24,000 bases of DNA from Methanomassiliicoccales archaeon (GCA_004377185.1 SOIM01000011.1:14925-38924), one strand, 5' to 3'. Shown: positions 1-9,485, counted from the first letter of the stretch. Numbers and translations are program-made. The notes: a model not told the origin generated them from the sequence alone.

Positions 1-326
1 GTTGGATCAGGAGAGTCGAAATCGCCGATCGAGATCGCCACCTTGATACCCAGCTTCTCGAAGGCTTTCAGATCATCATACTTCTCGGAGGCCAAAGCTC
101 TCAGGGGGACTATGTAGAGGGCCTTTCCTCCTTTCAGAACAGATTTCACAATCGCCAGGTAAGCCACAAGCGATTTCCCGCTTGCTGTAGGCATCGCCAG
201 AACGACATTCTTGCCCGACAAAGCTGGTCCGATCGACTCCTCTTGTGGAGGATAGAGCTCCTTGATTCCCTGCGATTGGAGAATATCTGCAACGTCCTTG
301 CCAAGACCGAGCTCGGAAGGCTTCAT
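1..326 (-). CDS. hel308: Ski2-like DNA helicase Hel308, N-terminal part (gene continues past the left window edge)
   Basis: This ORF is absent from the ORF track because it runs off the edge. My minus-strand translation from ATG 326-324 (GTG at 329 is also possible) is open to position 1. It reads MKPSELGLGKDVADILQSQGIKELYPPQEESIGPALSGKNVVLAMPTASGKSLVAYLAIVKSVLKGGKALYIVPLRALASEKYDDLKAFEKLGIKVAISIGDFDSPDP. It carries the Q-motif (ELYPPQ), helicase motif I (MPTASGKS) and motif Ia (VPLRALA), as in archaeal Hel308. A TATA-like AAACTATTTCC lies about 30 nt upstream. Confidence 0.8.
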   Translation of the reverse strand, partial: MKPSELGLGKDVADILQSQGIKELYPPQEESIGPALSGKNVVLAMPTASGKSLVAYLAIVKSVLKGGKALYIVPLRALASEKYDDLKAFEKLGIKVAISIGDFDSPDP

Positions 327-368
327 CACCGTGAGAACGCCGTTTGAAAGGAAATAGTTTTGCAGGCT

Positions 369-3300
369 CTATTCTTCGGTCTCTTCCTCGGTCTCTTCCT
401 CGTCCGCCTTCCCCCTCTGCCTTCTGAAGCGGACAGATATCCCCAAATAGACGAGGCCTATCACGACGAAGATTGGCCCCCAGAGAAGGATTGGCCCCCA
501 TTCGATGGGTGCTCCGGTGACTGAAACTGCGTGAGGAGAGGTTTCGTTCCCAGAATACGCCACATTCCCCCAAGCATCCTGTGCTATGATGAAGTAGTGC
601 ATCTTTCCATCCACCTCAGGTAAGCTGACCTCGCACGCGAACTCATCAGTGAGGCCAACACGCTTCATTTCGAGCGGAGGATTGAAGTGAGAAACTCCAA
701 CCGGTTTGATGTAGAGCTTGACTTTGAAGATTCCCAAGTTGTCGGTCACGGTCGCGGTGAAGTTCACCAGGGAGCCAGCATTTGCGGATCTGATGACATT
801 ATGAGTAAGGGATGGGAGCGTATTGTCGACCACCATCAGGTCGTGTTTCCCGACTACAGGATTTCTGCCGATGTTGCCGAATACATCTCTGGCCACTATG
901 TAGTAGGACACGTATCCGATGGTAGGTTGGGCCGGGATGTGTGCCCTCCATTCGCCGCTGACAGAAGAGCCTGAGAACAGAACCATGTTCGCCTGGGAGA
1001 AACTGCTCTCCCCAATGTTGGTGTAAAAGAGGGTTGCGTATGCTATCGAATCGTTGTCAGATATTGTTGCCAGGATCTCTATGGGTTCATCCATGATTGG
1101 CATGCCTTCAGGTGGGTCGTGGAGAATGACAGGTGCCTCGGTTGTATGGAATTGACAATAGTGGGGCGATTGGAGAAAATTTCCAGACATGTCCTTTGCA
1201 CCGTTGATGGTGACATAATAGGTCGTGTTGTACTCCAAGGGCTGGTAAGGCGTGTAGGTCAGATTGGTCCAATCAACGTTCCAGGACCAGTCCCAACTGG
1301 CCTGAGGATCCATAGTGACTCTCGTAGTGGTCTCCATCTGCATGGGTTCGCTGAAGAGGACGCTTATGTCAGTATCCAAAGAAACGTTAATCGCTCCGTC
1401 CTGAGGGTAACAGCGTCGTACCTCGGGAGGTACTGTGTCAGCATCGGTGGTGAAGTAGATGGAATCGGACACGCCCCATTTCCTGCCATCCTTCCATACA
1501 ACGTAGGCATGCCCTAGGGAATCTAGTGCGATGTCAGGACGTTCTTCGTGATAGGGCCCAACCGCATCGTTCAACGGGAAGGGTTCGAAGACCAAGCTCC
1601 ATTCAGATCCATCCCCTCTGGGTAACACCTCAAACGTTTGGTTGATGATGCCGCCTGGTCCGACATGGCTTTCCGAGACTAACAGGGGTTCCCCTCCCTC
1701 ATAGGCACCAGTCGCGTTGGCATCGATGAAGAGAAGGTTGTCCTGGGCTGAGAAATCGGACAGCATTTTCTTCTCAGCGGATATGACCTGACCGTCATAG
1801 ACAAGAATGTCATACATGTCGAATCCGTCTGCATGGCCTCTTTCTATGGCCAAGTACATGCTATTGAAGGACACGTTGTGTTGCGAGGAAGCATCGTTGA
1901 TGAAACTGATGTTCAGCTTCTGTAGCTCCTCAACACTATCGAGCCCCATGGCGAAAAAATCCACACTCTCATAGACCTCCGTTCCACCCGTATCCACAAT
2001 TTGGAAGAAGGGCGTTTCACCTGCGAGAGACAACGACCAAGTGACATGGTTGCTGCCGTCGTACCCGCTGTCCGTTTTGTAAGCGAACTCCAACTCCACT
2101 GAGGATATCGGGTCTCCAATCCACAAACCCTCATTCTCGAGGTTCACATCCCGTGCAGTTGCCAAACCGAATGCCCCGACCACCATGCGCTGATGCTGTT
2201 CAACGTCATAGTAGAGGGAATCGTCATTTCTGAGGTCCCACCTGAAATAGGTGATGAAATTCCCGGTCGTGTTATCCTGTGGATGGACTGCAGTCGGTTT
2301 CACTCTGGGGTAACGGATGACGGGTGTATCCATTGCAATATCCTCGTCCATGTCCCATCTGAGGTTATCATTCATATCGGAATATCTGATGCGATGGCCT
2401 TCAAGATCCTCCCAGAGGTTGGCATATCCGGTCGCGACAATGGTATCAGGAGAATCCGAGCCGTTGAGGACTCCGGGATCAAGGACGCCATTCCCATTGT
2501 CAAGGATTACAGCCTCTGCGGAGTTGCGAAGGCCATTTAAGGGGCGATTGACGTCAAAGAAGAAGTTACCACCAAAACGCGAGGTCGCTGTGTAGAAGGT
2601 GTTCCCTCCGTCCTGTGATTTGGCGAGATATACGTTATAGTTGCCACCTCTGTCGTCCGTCCAGACCACGAAGATAGGACTCCCTGACTGGTTGACAGCA
2701 ATTGAAGCGCCATGATGGGTAATGTACGGAGATTCTCGATGGTAGAAGGGATCGTTGACCATGATGTTCGGTCCGAAATTGGAGCCATCTGAGGACTTCG
2801 CGAAGTAAATCCTTGGAGTGCCTAGCCTCTCATCCTGCCACACGACATAGACAACATCGTTCAAATCTATCGAAAGAGAAGGGTTCTCCTGCACAACTTC
2901 CCTAATGACATCATTCACAGGAACATTGGTTCCGAAGTCCTGCCCATTGTTTGTTGAGTTTGCAATGTACACATCGAAGTCGTCATCCAGGTACGAAGGT
3001 GGCATGAATCCGCTCCTTCCGTCACTCCACACGACATGAACATCCCCTGTGCTGTTAACGGCCACTTCTGGTGCTATTCGGTGGTTTATCAGACTGTCGC
3101 TCACCAGGACACTCGATTCGAAGCTCTCCCCGTCGTCAACAGATCTTGCCAGACGGATCTCCATCTCCTGGCTGGACCATGCAACATAGATTATGCCCGA
3201 GGCGGAATCGATGGCCATTGAAGGATATCTCTCGTTGTTCCCACTATCACTCACCAAGATGTTGGAATCGAAGGAATATCCGTCAGTCGACTTCGCGAAG

Positions 3301-3695
3301 AATACTCTGTGAGAATTGCTTCCGGCTCTCCCATCATCCCAAACCACGTACACGGTCCCGTTGTGCCCAACAACATCTGGGTATTGCTGATATGTACCAT
3401 CATCAATGGGGTTGTCATTCACCCGAACATCCAGAAGGAAGGACGTCCCTTCGTTACTGCTCTTTGAATAGTAGATGTCCATCCCCCCGTTCCTGCTGTC
3501 CTCCCACAAGATGTAGATGTCTCCATCATCGACCGCTATCGACGCATTGTTCCTCAAAGGGCCAGAACCGACGTCCCTGTCCACTCTGGTATTGGCCCTG
3601 AACTCCTCGGCTGTGACGTTTTGAACGGGAACCACGGATAAGCAAAGCTGAAACAGGAAAATAGTGCACACTGCCAGAATCGCAGTTCTCCTCAT
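369..3695 (-). CDS. Large secreted/cell-surface protein: signal peptide, six BNR/Asp-box blades, SbsA-type Ig-like (Big_5-like) domain, two tandem beta-sandwich repeats, C-terminal TM anchor with acidic tail
   Basis: The track ORF is 369..3722. I prefer the internal ATG at 3695, which gives a signal-like N-terminus (MRRTAILAVCTIFLFQLCLSVVPVQNVTA). There are six Asp-box-like motifs (SSNEGTSF, STDGYSF, SVDDGESF, STNNGQDF, SSDGSNF, SQDGGNTF), each preceded by a VVW.D.R-type strand. DTVPPEV...ISVLFSEPM matches an Ig-like domain. The C-terminus has a WGPILLWGPIFVVIGLVYLGISV helix followed by RFRRQRGKADEEETEEETEE. N-x-S/T sequons are numerous. Confidence 0.75.
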   Translation of the reverse strand: MRRTAILAVCTIFLFQLCLSVVPVQNVTAEEFRANTRVDRDVGSGPLRNNASIAVDDGDIYILWEDSRNGGMDIYYSKSSNEGTSFLLDVRVNDNPIDDGTYQQYPDVVGHNGTVYVVWDDGRAGSNSHRVFFAKSTDGYSFDSNILVSDSGNNERYPSMAIDSASGIIYVAWSSQEMEIRLARSVDDGESFESSVLVSDSLINHRIAPEVAVNSTGDVHVVWSDGRSGFMPPSYLDDDFDVYIANSTNNGQDFGTNVPVNDVIREVVQENPSLSIDLNDVVYVVWQDERLGTPRIYFAKSSDGSNFGPNIMVNDPFYHRESPYITHHGASIAVNQSGSPIFVVWTDDRGGNYNVYLAKSQDGGNTFYTATSRFGGNFFFDVNRPLNGLRNSAEAVILDNGNGVLDPGVLNGSDSPDTIVATGYANLWEDLEGHRIRYSDMNDNLRWDMDEDIAMDTPVIRYPRVKPTAVHPQDNTTGNFITYFRWDLRNDDSLYYDVEQHQRMVVGAFGLATARDVNLENEGLWIGDPISSVELEFAYKTDSGYDGSNHVTWSLSLAGETPFFQIVDTGGTEVYESVDFFAMGLDSVEELQKLNISFINDASSQHNVSFNSMYLAIERGHADGFDMYDILVYDGQVISAEKKMLSDFSAQDNLLFIDANATGAYEGGEPLLVSESHVGPGGIINQTFEVLPRGDGSEWSLVFEPFPLNDAVGPYHEERPDIALDSLGHAYVVWKDGRKWGVSDSIYFTTDADTVPPEVRRCYPQDGAINVSLDTDISVLFSEPMQMETTTRVTMDPQASWDWSWNVDWTNLTYTPYQPLEYNTTYYVTINGAKDMSGNFLQSPHYCQFHTTEAPVILHDPPEGMPIMDEPIEILATISDNDSIAYATLFYTNIGESSFSQANMVLFSGSSVSGEWRAHIPAQPTIGYVSYYIVARDVFGNIGRNPVVGKHDLMVVDNTLPSLTHNVIRSANAGSLVNFTATVTDNLGIFKVKLYIKPVGVSHFNPPLEMKRVGLTDEFACEVSLPEVDGKMHYFIIAQDAWGNVAYSGNETSPHAVSVTGAPIEWGPILLWGPIFVVIGLVYLGISVRFRRQRGKADEEETEEETEE

Positions 3696-3798
3696 TCGAA
3701 CGCCCACATATCTCCAAAACAATAACGAATCTGCTCGTATAAATCATTTTTCCGAACTTTGGGAAGCCTTATTAGGATTGATTTCATTTGTTCCGCGA

Positions 3799-4710
3799 AT
3801 GGTCGACCTTCAGACAAGCGTTGGAGAGCTCAAGCTGAAGAACCCAACAATGCTAGCTTCTGGCATCCTGGGTGAGACTGGCGAACTGTTAATGCGGGTG
3901 GCTGAGAGCGGTGCCGGAGCTGTTGTGACCAAGTCCATAGGTTTGGAACCGAGAGAAGGACATCCCAACCCGACTGTGATAGAGTTCGAATTCGGCCTGC
4001 TGAACGCTGTGGGTCTGGCAAATCCCGGGATCGAGGATTTCAGAGAGCAATTCCAGATAGCCAAGAAAGGAGAAGTGCCAGTCATTGGGAGCATCTTCGG
4101 AAAGGGTGCTGGGGAGTTCGTAGACCTGGCCACAAAGATGGAGGACTACGGAGCGTCCGCAGTAGAGCTGAATCTGAGCTGTCCACACGCCGAAGGATTG
4201 GGGCAGGAAATCGGAGCGGAACCGAAGAACGTTGAGCTCATAACAAAGGAAGTGAAGGGCTCTGTCAGCATTCCGGTCTTTCCCAAGCTCACTCCGAACG
4301 TGAAGGACATAGTGGCACTCGCGGACGCCGCATCCAAGGGTGGTGCTGACGCCGTGGTGGCGATCAACTCGGTAAGAGCCATGGCAATATCACCCGAAAC
4401 GAAAATGCCAATCCTGGCCAACAAGATAGGGGGCCTGAGCGGTACGGCCATAAGACCCATTGGCGTTAGATGTGTCTACGAGATATGGAGGGAAGTCTCA
4501 ATCCCAATAATAGGTGTAGGGGGAATCTCCTCAGGCATGGATGCCTTGCAGTACCTGATGGCGGGTGCATCCGCGGTCCAGATAGGCAGCGGTGTATGGA
4601 TTGGAGGACCTGGCGTTTTCTCGAACGTCTGCAAAGAGATAGAGGAATTCCTTGAAGAGAACGGCCACAAATCCGTCAAAGAAGTGATAGGGGCTGCTCA
4701 TTCGTGTTAG
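3799..4710 (+). CDS. pyrD: Dihydroorotate dehydrogenase 1B, catalytic subunit
   Basis: The track ORF is 3664..4710, but its first 45 codons cover the divergent promoter region. ATG at 3799 gives MVDLQTSVGELKLKNPTMLASGILG. Class 1 DHOD motifs are present: the NLSCPH active-site Cys loop, GGLSG and IIGVGGI. The 3' end overlaps pyrK by 7 nt, which suggests an operon. Confidence 0.9.
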   Translation: MVDLQTSVGELKLKNPTMLASGILGETGELLMRVAESGAGAVVTKSIGLEPREGHPNPTVIEFEFGLLNAVGLANPGIEDFREQFQIAKKGEVPVIGSIFGKGAGEFVDLATKMEDYGASAVELNLSCPHAEGLGQEIGAEPKNVELITKEVKGSVSIPVFPKLTPNVKDIVALADAASKGGADAVVAINSVRAMAISPETKMPILANKIGGLSGTAIRPIGVRCVYEIWREVSIPIIGVGGISSGMDALQYLMAGASAVQIGSGVWIGGPGVFSNVCKEIEEFLEENGHKSVKEVIGAAHSC

Positions 4711-5486
4711 TACGGAAGATAGAGACCATCGTTGTAGAATCACACCACACCAAGAGCTTCTATTTCAAGGGTGGCTTCCATGCTGACCCTGGCCAGTTCG
4801 TAATGGTCTGGATACCAGGCGTTGACGAGATACCGATGGGGCTGTCCACTATAGGAGAGAACATGGGCATAACCGTCCACAGAGTGGGTGAAGCGACTGA
4901 AAAGATGCATGCCCTCAAAGAGGGAGAGAAGATTGGAATCAGAGGTCCGTACGGAAAGGGCTTCGATATTCTTGGTAGAAAGCTGTTGGTGGTGGCTGGA
5001 GGAACTGGAATAGCTTCCCTGATGCCAGCGGTGGAAACTGCGGTCGAACAAGGTCGAGACGTTCAGGTCGCGATAGGAGCACTGACGAAGGACGAGTTGC
5101 TCTTTGCAGAAAGGGTGAGGAAAGCCGGGGCAAAGATTGAGATAGCCACGGATGACGGTTCGGAAGGCTTCGAGGGATTCGTGTCCAATCTGGCTGAAGA
5201 GCTACTGTCAAATGAGAATTACGATCAGATTCTGACTTGCGGTCCCGAGGCGATGATGAAGAAGGTAATAGAGCACGGGATGAATCATAAAATCAGAACT
5301 CAAGTCTCTTTGGAACGGTTCATGCGATGCGGCATAGGAGTGTGTGGGTCGTGCGCCTTTGATGGCCTTAGGATTTGCAGGGACGGACCGGTTTTCGATG
5401 GAGAGGAGGTTTACGGCAAAGGGGATTTCGATACGTACAGAAGAGATCCTTCTGGAAAGCGGATTCCTCTGCTACCTGACGTGTGA
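4704..5486 (+). CDS. pyrK: Dihydroorotate dehydrogenase 1B electron-transfer subunit (FAD/[2Fe-2S])
   Basis: The gene starts with GTG and overlaps the pyrD stop. It has an FNR-like fold with the motifs MVWIPGVDEIPM and LLVVAGGTGIA. The C-terminal Cys cluster CGIGVCGSCAF...C is typical of the PyrK 2Fe-2S site. Confidence 0.88.
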   Translation: MLVRKIETIVVESHHTKSFYFKGGFHADPGQFVMVWIPGVDEIPMGLSTIGENMGITVHRVGEATEKMHALKEGEKIGIRGPYGKGFDILGRKLLVVAGGTGIASLMPAVETAVEQGRDVQVAIGALTKDELLFAERVRKAGAKIEIATDDGSEGFEGFVSNLAEELLSNENYDQILTCGPEAMMKKVIEHGMNHKIRTQVSLERFMRCGIGVCGSCAFDGLRICRDGPVFDGEEVYGKGDFDTYRRDPSGKRIPLLPDV

Positions 5487-5536
5487 GATACCGATGAATG
5501 TGAGCGATCTAGATTGGAACTGAAAGGTGATAGGAT

Positions 5537-7174
5537 ATGGATGATGAGCTGGACAAACTAGTGGATGAGTTCGTCCAATGGTGGGTTGAAAGGAACCCCA
5601 TCGCGGGTACTGTACTGGGTCTTCATGAGTACGACCATCTCCTTCCCGACGGCAGCAGAGAGGCGGTCCTGAAGGAAATAGAGGAAGAGAAGGGCTTCTT
5701 GAAAAGGTTCGAGGGCCTGGACCCCGACAAATTGAGCTTTCAAAAACAAATTGAAAGGGATGCCATGGTCGGCTTGGGTCGTCTTTCAATCTTTGGCATG
5801 GAAGAGTACCGTCAATGGGAATCTCGTCCGTTTGCAGTGGATATTCTGGGAGCAAGCATCCTTCGACTCTACACAATGGATTTCGCACCGCTCAAGGAGA
5901 GGCTTCTCAATATAATGTCCAGGATACAGAAGGCACCCAAGTTCCTGGAGGAGAGCAAGACCAGAATAACCAAACCGGTGAAGCTCTGGGTGGAGATCCA
6001 AATCCAATCCTCCAAAAGATTCCCCGTCTTCTTGGACGAGATTTACGAGACTGCAAAGGACGTTCTGGAGGAAGCAGAACTTGAAACGCTTGGGAAGGCA
6101 ATCCAAGAAATGAAGGAAGCGCTCTCGGATTATGAGAAATGGATGGAGGAGGAACTGCTGCCAAGGTCAGAGGAAGAGTACCGGTTGGGGAAGGAGAAGC
6201 TGGACAAGCTAATCGGATTGAAACGCCTCGGCCTCTCAACTGGTGAGATAAGGGCTCTGGGCCTGGACTATCTTGATCGGTTCAAGAAGGTACTTGAAGA
6301 GCTGGCGGAAGTAATCAAGCCCGGAGCAACAGTGGAAGAGGTCAGAGAACAGGTGAAATCGAACCACCCCGAGAGCTTCGATCAAGTGATGGAGGAATAC
6401 AGGAACTCAATCACAGAGTCAAAGAAATTCATTGAGGAGAACAAAATGGTGACCATTCCCCCAGGAGAGGAACTGAAGGTGGTTGAAACGCCTCAATATC
6501 TCAGGAATATCATTCCTTTCGCCGCATATCTTTCTCCCATGAAATTCGACAAGAAGAAAATTGGGATATATCTCGTAACGCCAGTTGAGGAAAAATCTGA
6601 ACTCATGAAGAAACATTCCTATGCGGGCATCATGAATACCTCAGTTCATGAAGGCTATCCGGGCCATCATCTCCAGCTTACAATGTGCGATCTAAATCCT
6701 TCAATTGTTCCCACATTAATACACGCCACGGAAACAGTGGAAGGCTGGGCCCACTATTGCGAGGACTGGATGAAGGAGAAGGGGTTTGACGACACACCTG
6801 AAACAAGATTCATACAGACGGTAGACCTGGTGTGGAGGGCAGTGAGAATAATCGTGGACATAGACCTGCATTCGAAGATAATGGATTTCGATCAAGCAGT
6901 TGACTTCCTTGTGGAACATGTGGGATTGGAAAGACCATCGGCCGAGGCCGAGGTCAGAAGATACACCATGCACCCCGCCTACCAATTGTGCTATCTGATT
7001 GGGAGACATCTGATAACCGAACTGAGAAATGAAGTGAAAGAAAGGATGGGGGACAAATGGGACGAAGGGTTCTTCCACAACACATTCCTATCGGCCGGGA
7101 GTCTTCCCGTTTTCTTGATACGCCAGATATTCGATAACAAACTAAAGGAAATGGGTTTCCCACCACAAGGTTAA
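5537..7174 (+). CDS. DUF885-family protein (putative metallopeptidase-like)
   Basis: This is a 545-aa ORF with an AGGTGAT Shine-Dalgarno sequence upstream. The overall layout and the HEGYPGHH...EGWAHY motif are as I remember for DUF885 proteins. Confidence 0.7.
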   Translation: MDDELDKLVDEFVQWWVERNPIAGTVLGLHEYDHLLPDGSREAVLKEIEEEKGFLKRFEGLDPDKLSFQKQIERDAMVGLGRLSIFGMEEYRQWESRPFAVDILGASILRLYTMDFAPLKERLLNIMSRIQKAPKFLEESKTRITKPVKLWVEIQIQSSKRFPVFLDEIYETAKDVLEEAELETLGKAIQEMKEALSDYEKWMEEELLPRSEEEYRLGKEKLDKLIGLKRLGLSTGEIRALGLDYLDRFKKVLEELAEVIKPGATVEEVREQVKSNHPESFDQVMEEYRNSITESKKFIEENKMVTIPPGEELKVVETPQYLRNIIPFAAYLSPMKFDKKKIGIYLVTPVEEKSELMKKHSYAGIMNTSVHEGYPGHHLQLTMCDLNPSIVPTLIHATETVEGWAHYCEDWMKEKGFDDTPETRFIQTVDLVWRAVRIIVDIDLHSKIMDFDQAVDFLVEHVGLERPSAEAEVRRYTMHPAYQLCYLIGRHLITELRNEVKERMGDKWDEGFFHNTFLSAGSLPVFLIRQIFDNKLKEMGFPPQG

Positions 7175-7216
7175 TATTTCATGATAGGATAGCGCAGACG
7201 TTAGAGGTGATGAGAG

Positions 7217-7813
7217 TTGAAGAGCTTAGAAGCCCTCATAGAAAAGGCCTTGGAACTGAAGGAAAAGGGCTTGTCGGAAAAAGAGATCGGTGATGAGCTT
7301 CACTTATCTTTGAACACAGTCACGTGGTTGCTTGTCAAGGGTCTGAGAGGTGGGGCGCCCCCACCGGACGTGAAGATCGGATGGCGTTCGATAGGTGTGT
7401 ATGCCAACAGGATAGGTTTTGTTTCTGCAACAATGTCAGACATAATTCTGGAAGAAATGGAGAAGACGGGAGAAGACTTTGATTCGGTCTGCGGAATAGC
7501 GATAAACGGAATCCCGTATGCCACTTTCGTTTCGGAAGAGCTGGGGAAGGAGCTGGTTATATACCGACCCAGCGAGGCGAGACACAGAGGAGGAGGCTTG
7601 TTCAGTTCTAACTACGCAGGCGTGGAGGAGAAGAAGATTGTGATCGTTGATGATATTCTCAGCTCAGGAGACACGATAAAGGGAGCCATAGCCGACATAA
7701 CGGAGAGCGGAGGTTCGGCATTGCTGGCCGTGGTGATGGTCAATAAGACAGAGCACGATGATATCGACGGTGTTCGACTGAGAGCGATGGTCCGGGCTCG
7801 AGCGATCGCGTGA
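7217..7813 (+). CDS. Orotate phosphoribosyltransferase-like protein with N-terminal helix-turn-helix (probable regulator rather than PyrE enzyme)
   Basis: The gene starts with TTG, 6 nt after the Shine-Dalgarno GAGGTGA (7204-7210). The N-terminal GLSEKEIGDELHLSLNTVTWLL segment is HTH-like. The C-terminal PRTase domain has the PRPP loop KIVIVDDILSSGDTIKG. The stop lies 4 nt before lysK. Confidence 0.75.
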   Translation: MKSLEALIEKALELKEKGLSEKEIGDELHLSLNTVTWLLVKGLRGGAPPPDVKIGWRSIGVYANRIGFVSATMSDIILEEMEKTGEDFDSVCGIAINGIPYATFVSEELGKELVIYRPSEARHRGGGLFSSNYAGVEEKKIVIVDDILSSGDTIKGAIADITESGGSALLAVVMVNKTEHDDIDGVRLRAMVRARAIA

Positions 7814-7817
7814 GAGC

Positions 7818-9422
7818 ATGCACTGGTTTGACGAATTGTTACCTCGGGTGGAGAGTTTTCTAGGAGAGAAGAAGGACACGGTCATCTCAGCTGGCTTGTC
7901 AGTCTCGGGATTGCAGCATGTCGGTCGGCTCAGAGGTGAGGTCGTTCTGGCGAACGCTATCGCAGAGGGTCTGAGGAAGAGCGGAAGAAACGTCAAGCAG
8001 ATTCTCGTTCTCTACACCCAAGACTCCTGGAAAGGGAAGGACGGTCAGCTGGCTCAGTTCGGAGATGGAGGTGGAAAGGAGTACGTGGGCAGAAGGCTCA
8101 TCGATGTTCCGGACCCGAAAGGATGTCATGAGAACTGGGTGGACCATTACTGGAGAGACTTCGGAGATGTGCTGGAGGAATTCGCGACAAAGGTCGAGAT
8201 CACTTCCACCACGGAAGTCTACCAAACGGATGAGATGAGGAGGAACGTCCTGGAGTTGCTGGAGAAAGCAGAGAAGATAAGGGAGATAGTGAACAGATAC
8301 AGGGGAAGGATGAAGTATCCCGAGGGATGGATCCCATTCGAACCACTCTGCAAGAAGTGCATGAAGATAGGGAGTGCGGAAGCGCTGTCCGTCTCTGAAG
8401 ATGGACAGGTGAGCTACAAGTGTTCTTGCGGGGATGAAGGGGCATCCAGCATAGAAGAAGGGAAGCTGAACTGGAGGTTGGAATGGCCTTCCTTATGGAA
8501 AGTCCTCTCAGTGGACATCGAACCCTTTGGGAAGGACCACGCGACACCGGGGGGCTCGAGGGACAGCTGCAAGAACCTGGCCAAGAATGTCATGAGTCTT
8601 ACGCCTCCCTTTGGCATTGCATACGAATGGGTGGGGATGTCGAGAGAAGGGACGGACCTGGGTGACATGAGCAGCTCGGATTTCAAGGGGTTCACACCAA
8701 AGGAATGGTTGGAGTTCGGAGAACCACATGCTCTCAGATTCATCTACCTTCAAGCCAAACCGTCAAAGAGGATCGTTCTGGACCTGGCCAAGATGGACAC
8801 ATACCATGACCATTTGGACTCGGGTTACAGCAACTACTGGCAGGATGAGAAGGAGGAAGAGAGCGAGCTGAAATCAAGGACATACGACATATCCGCTGTG
8901 GACCGTGTTGCGAGAAAGGATATGTTCATTCTTCCATACAAGGAAGCTTCCTTGCTCACTCAGATATCCTCGGTGGAGGACAAGCTGCATTGGGTTGTCT
9001 CAAGGTTAACGGACACGGGCATACTCACGAGAGAGCTTGCCGAGGACGAAGAACAGTACCTTTCCAAGAGGATTGGTCTGGCCGATGCTTGGATCACGAA
9101 GTACGCGCCCGAAAGCTACCACGTGGAACTTCAGGAAGAACTGCCTGAGGATGTGAGGAGCGAATTGACGGAGGAGGATGTGAAGTCCTTGGCCATCTTC
9201 CGAGAACGGTTGGAAGGGGCGGATTGGAACGAGGACGCACTGAAGGAAACCATGATCCAGATGACAAAAATGGAAGACTTCCCAGTAAGCACGAAGAGGT
9301 TCTTCCGCAACCTGTACCTGGCACTTCTCGGAAAGGAGCAAGGCCCGAGAGCTGCGCCATTTCTTTCCATCCTGGAGAAGGACTTCGTCCTCGAGAGACT
9401 AGATGATGTTTCTCAGGAGTAG
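7818..9422 (+). CDS. lysK: Lysyl-tRNA synthetase, class I (archaeal type)
   Basis: The N-terminus is MHW..., as in class I LysRS. It has an SGLQHVGRLRGE (HIGH-region) segment, a CKKC...CSCG zinc knuckle, an MSSS (KMSKS-region) segment, and a length of 534 aa. Confidence 0.85.
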   Translation: MHWFDELLPRVESFLGEKKDTVISAGLSVSGLQHVGRLRGEVVLANAIAEGLRKSGRNVKQILVLYTQDSWKGKDGQLAQFGDGGGKEYVGRRLIDVPDPKGCHENWVDHYWRDFGDVLEEFATKVEITSTTEVYQTDEMRRNVLELLEKAEKIREIVNRYRGRMKYPEGWIPFEPLCKKCMKIGSAEALSVSEDGQVSYKCSCGDEGASSIEEGKLNWRLEWPSLWKVLSVDIEPFGKDHATPGGSRDSCKNLAKNVMSLTPPFGIAYEWVGMSREGTDLGDMSSSDFKGFTPKEWLEFGEPHALRFIYLQAKPSKRIVLDLAKMDTYHDHLDSGYSNYWQDEKEEESELKSRTYDISAVDRVARKDMFILPYKEASLLTQISSVEDKLHWVVSRLTDTGILTRELAEDEEQYLSKRIGLADAWITKYAPESYHVELQEELPEDVRSELTEEDVKSLAIFRERLEGADWNEDALKETMIQMTKMEDFPVSTKRFFRNLYLALLGKEQGPRAAPFLSILEKDFVLERLDDVSQE

Positions 9423-9485
9423 GAGAACACCAGCAAAGGATAAATAGAAACTTTCGAATCTCCACATCTACATAATAGATACAGC

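Noticed and set aside
377-400. 12-nt tandem duplication CGGTCTCTTCCT x2
   Set aside because: It simply encodes the EEETEEETEE acidic tail of the surface protein. It is not a CRISPR or a satellite repeat.
76-573. 165-aa minus-strand ORF spanning the hel308 start and the surface-protein 3' end
   Set aside because: It is out of frame with two well-supported genes and its composition is low-complexity and Arg/Gly-rich. It is a shadow ORF.
3664-3798. N-terminal 45-codon extension of the pyrD ORF (and 3696-3722 of the surface-protein ORF)
   Set aside because: The extensions overlap each other in the divergent promoter region and have no similarity to DHOD N-termini. The internal ATGs give canonical N-termini.
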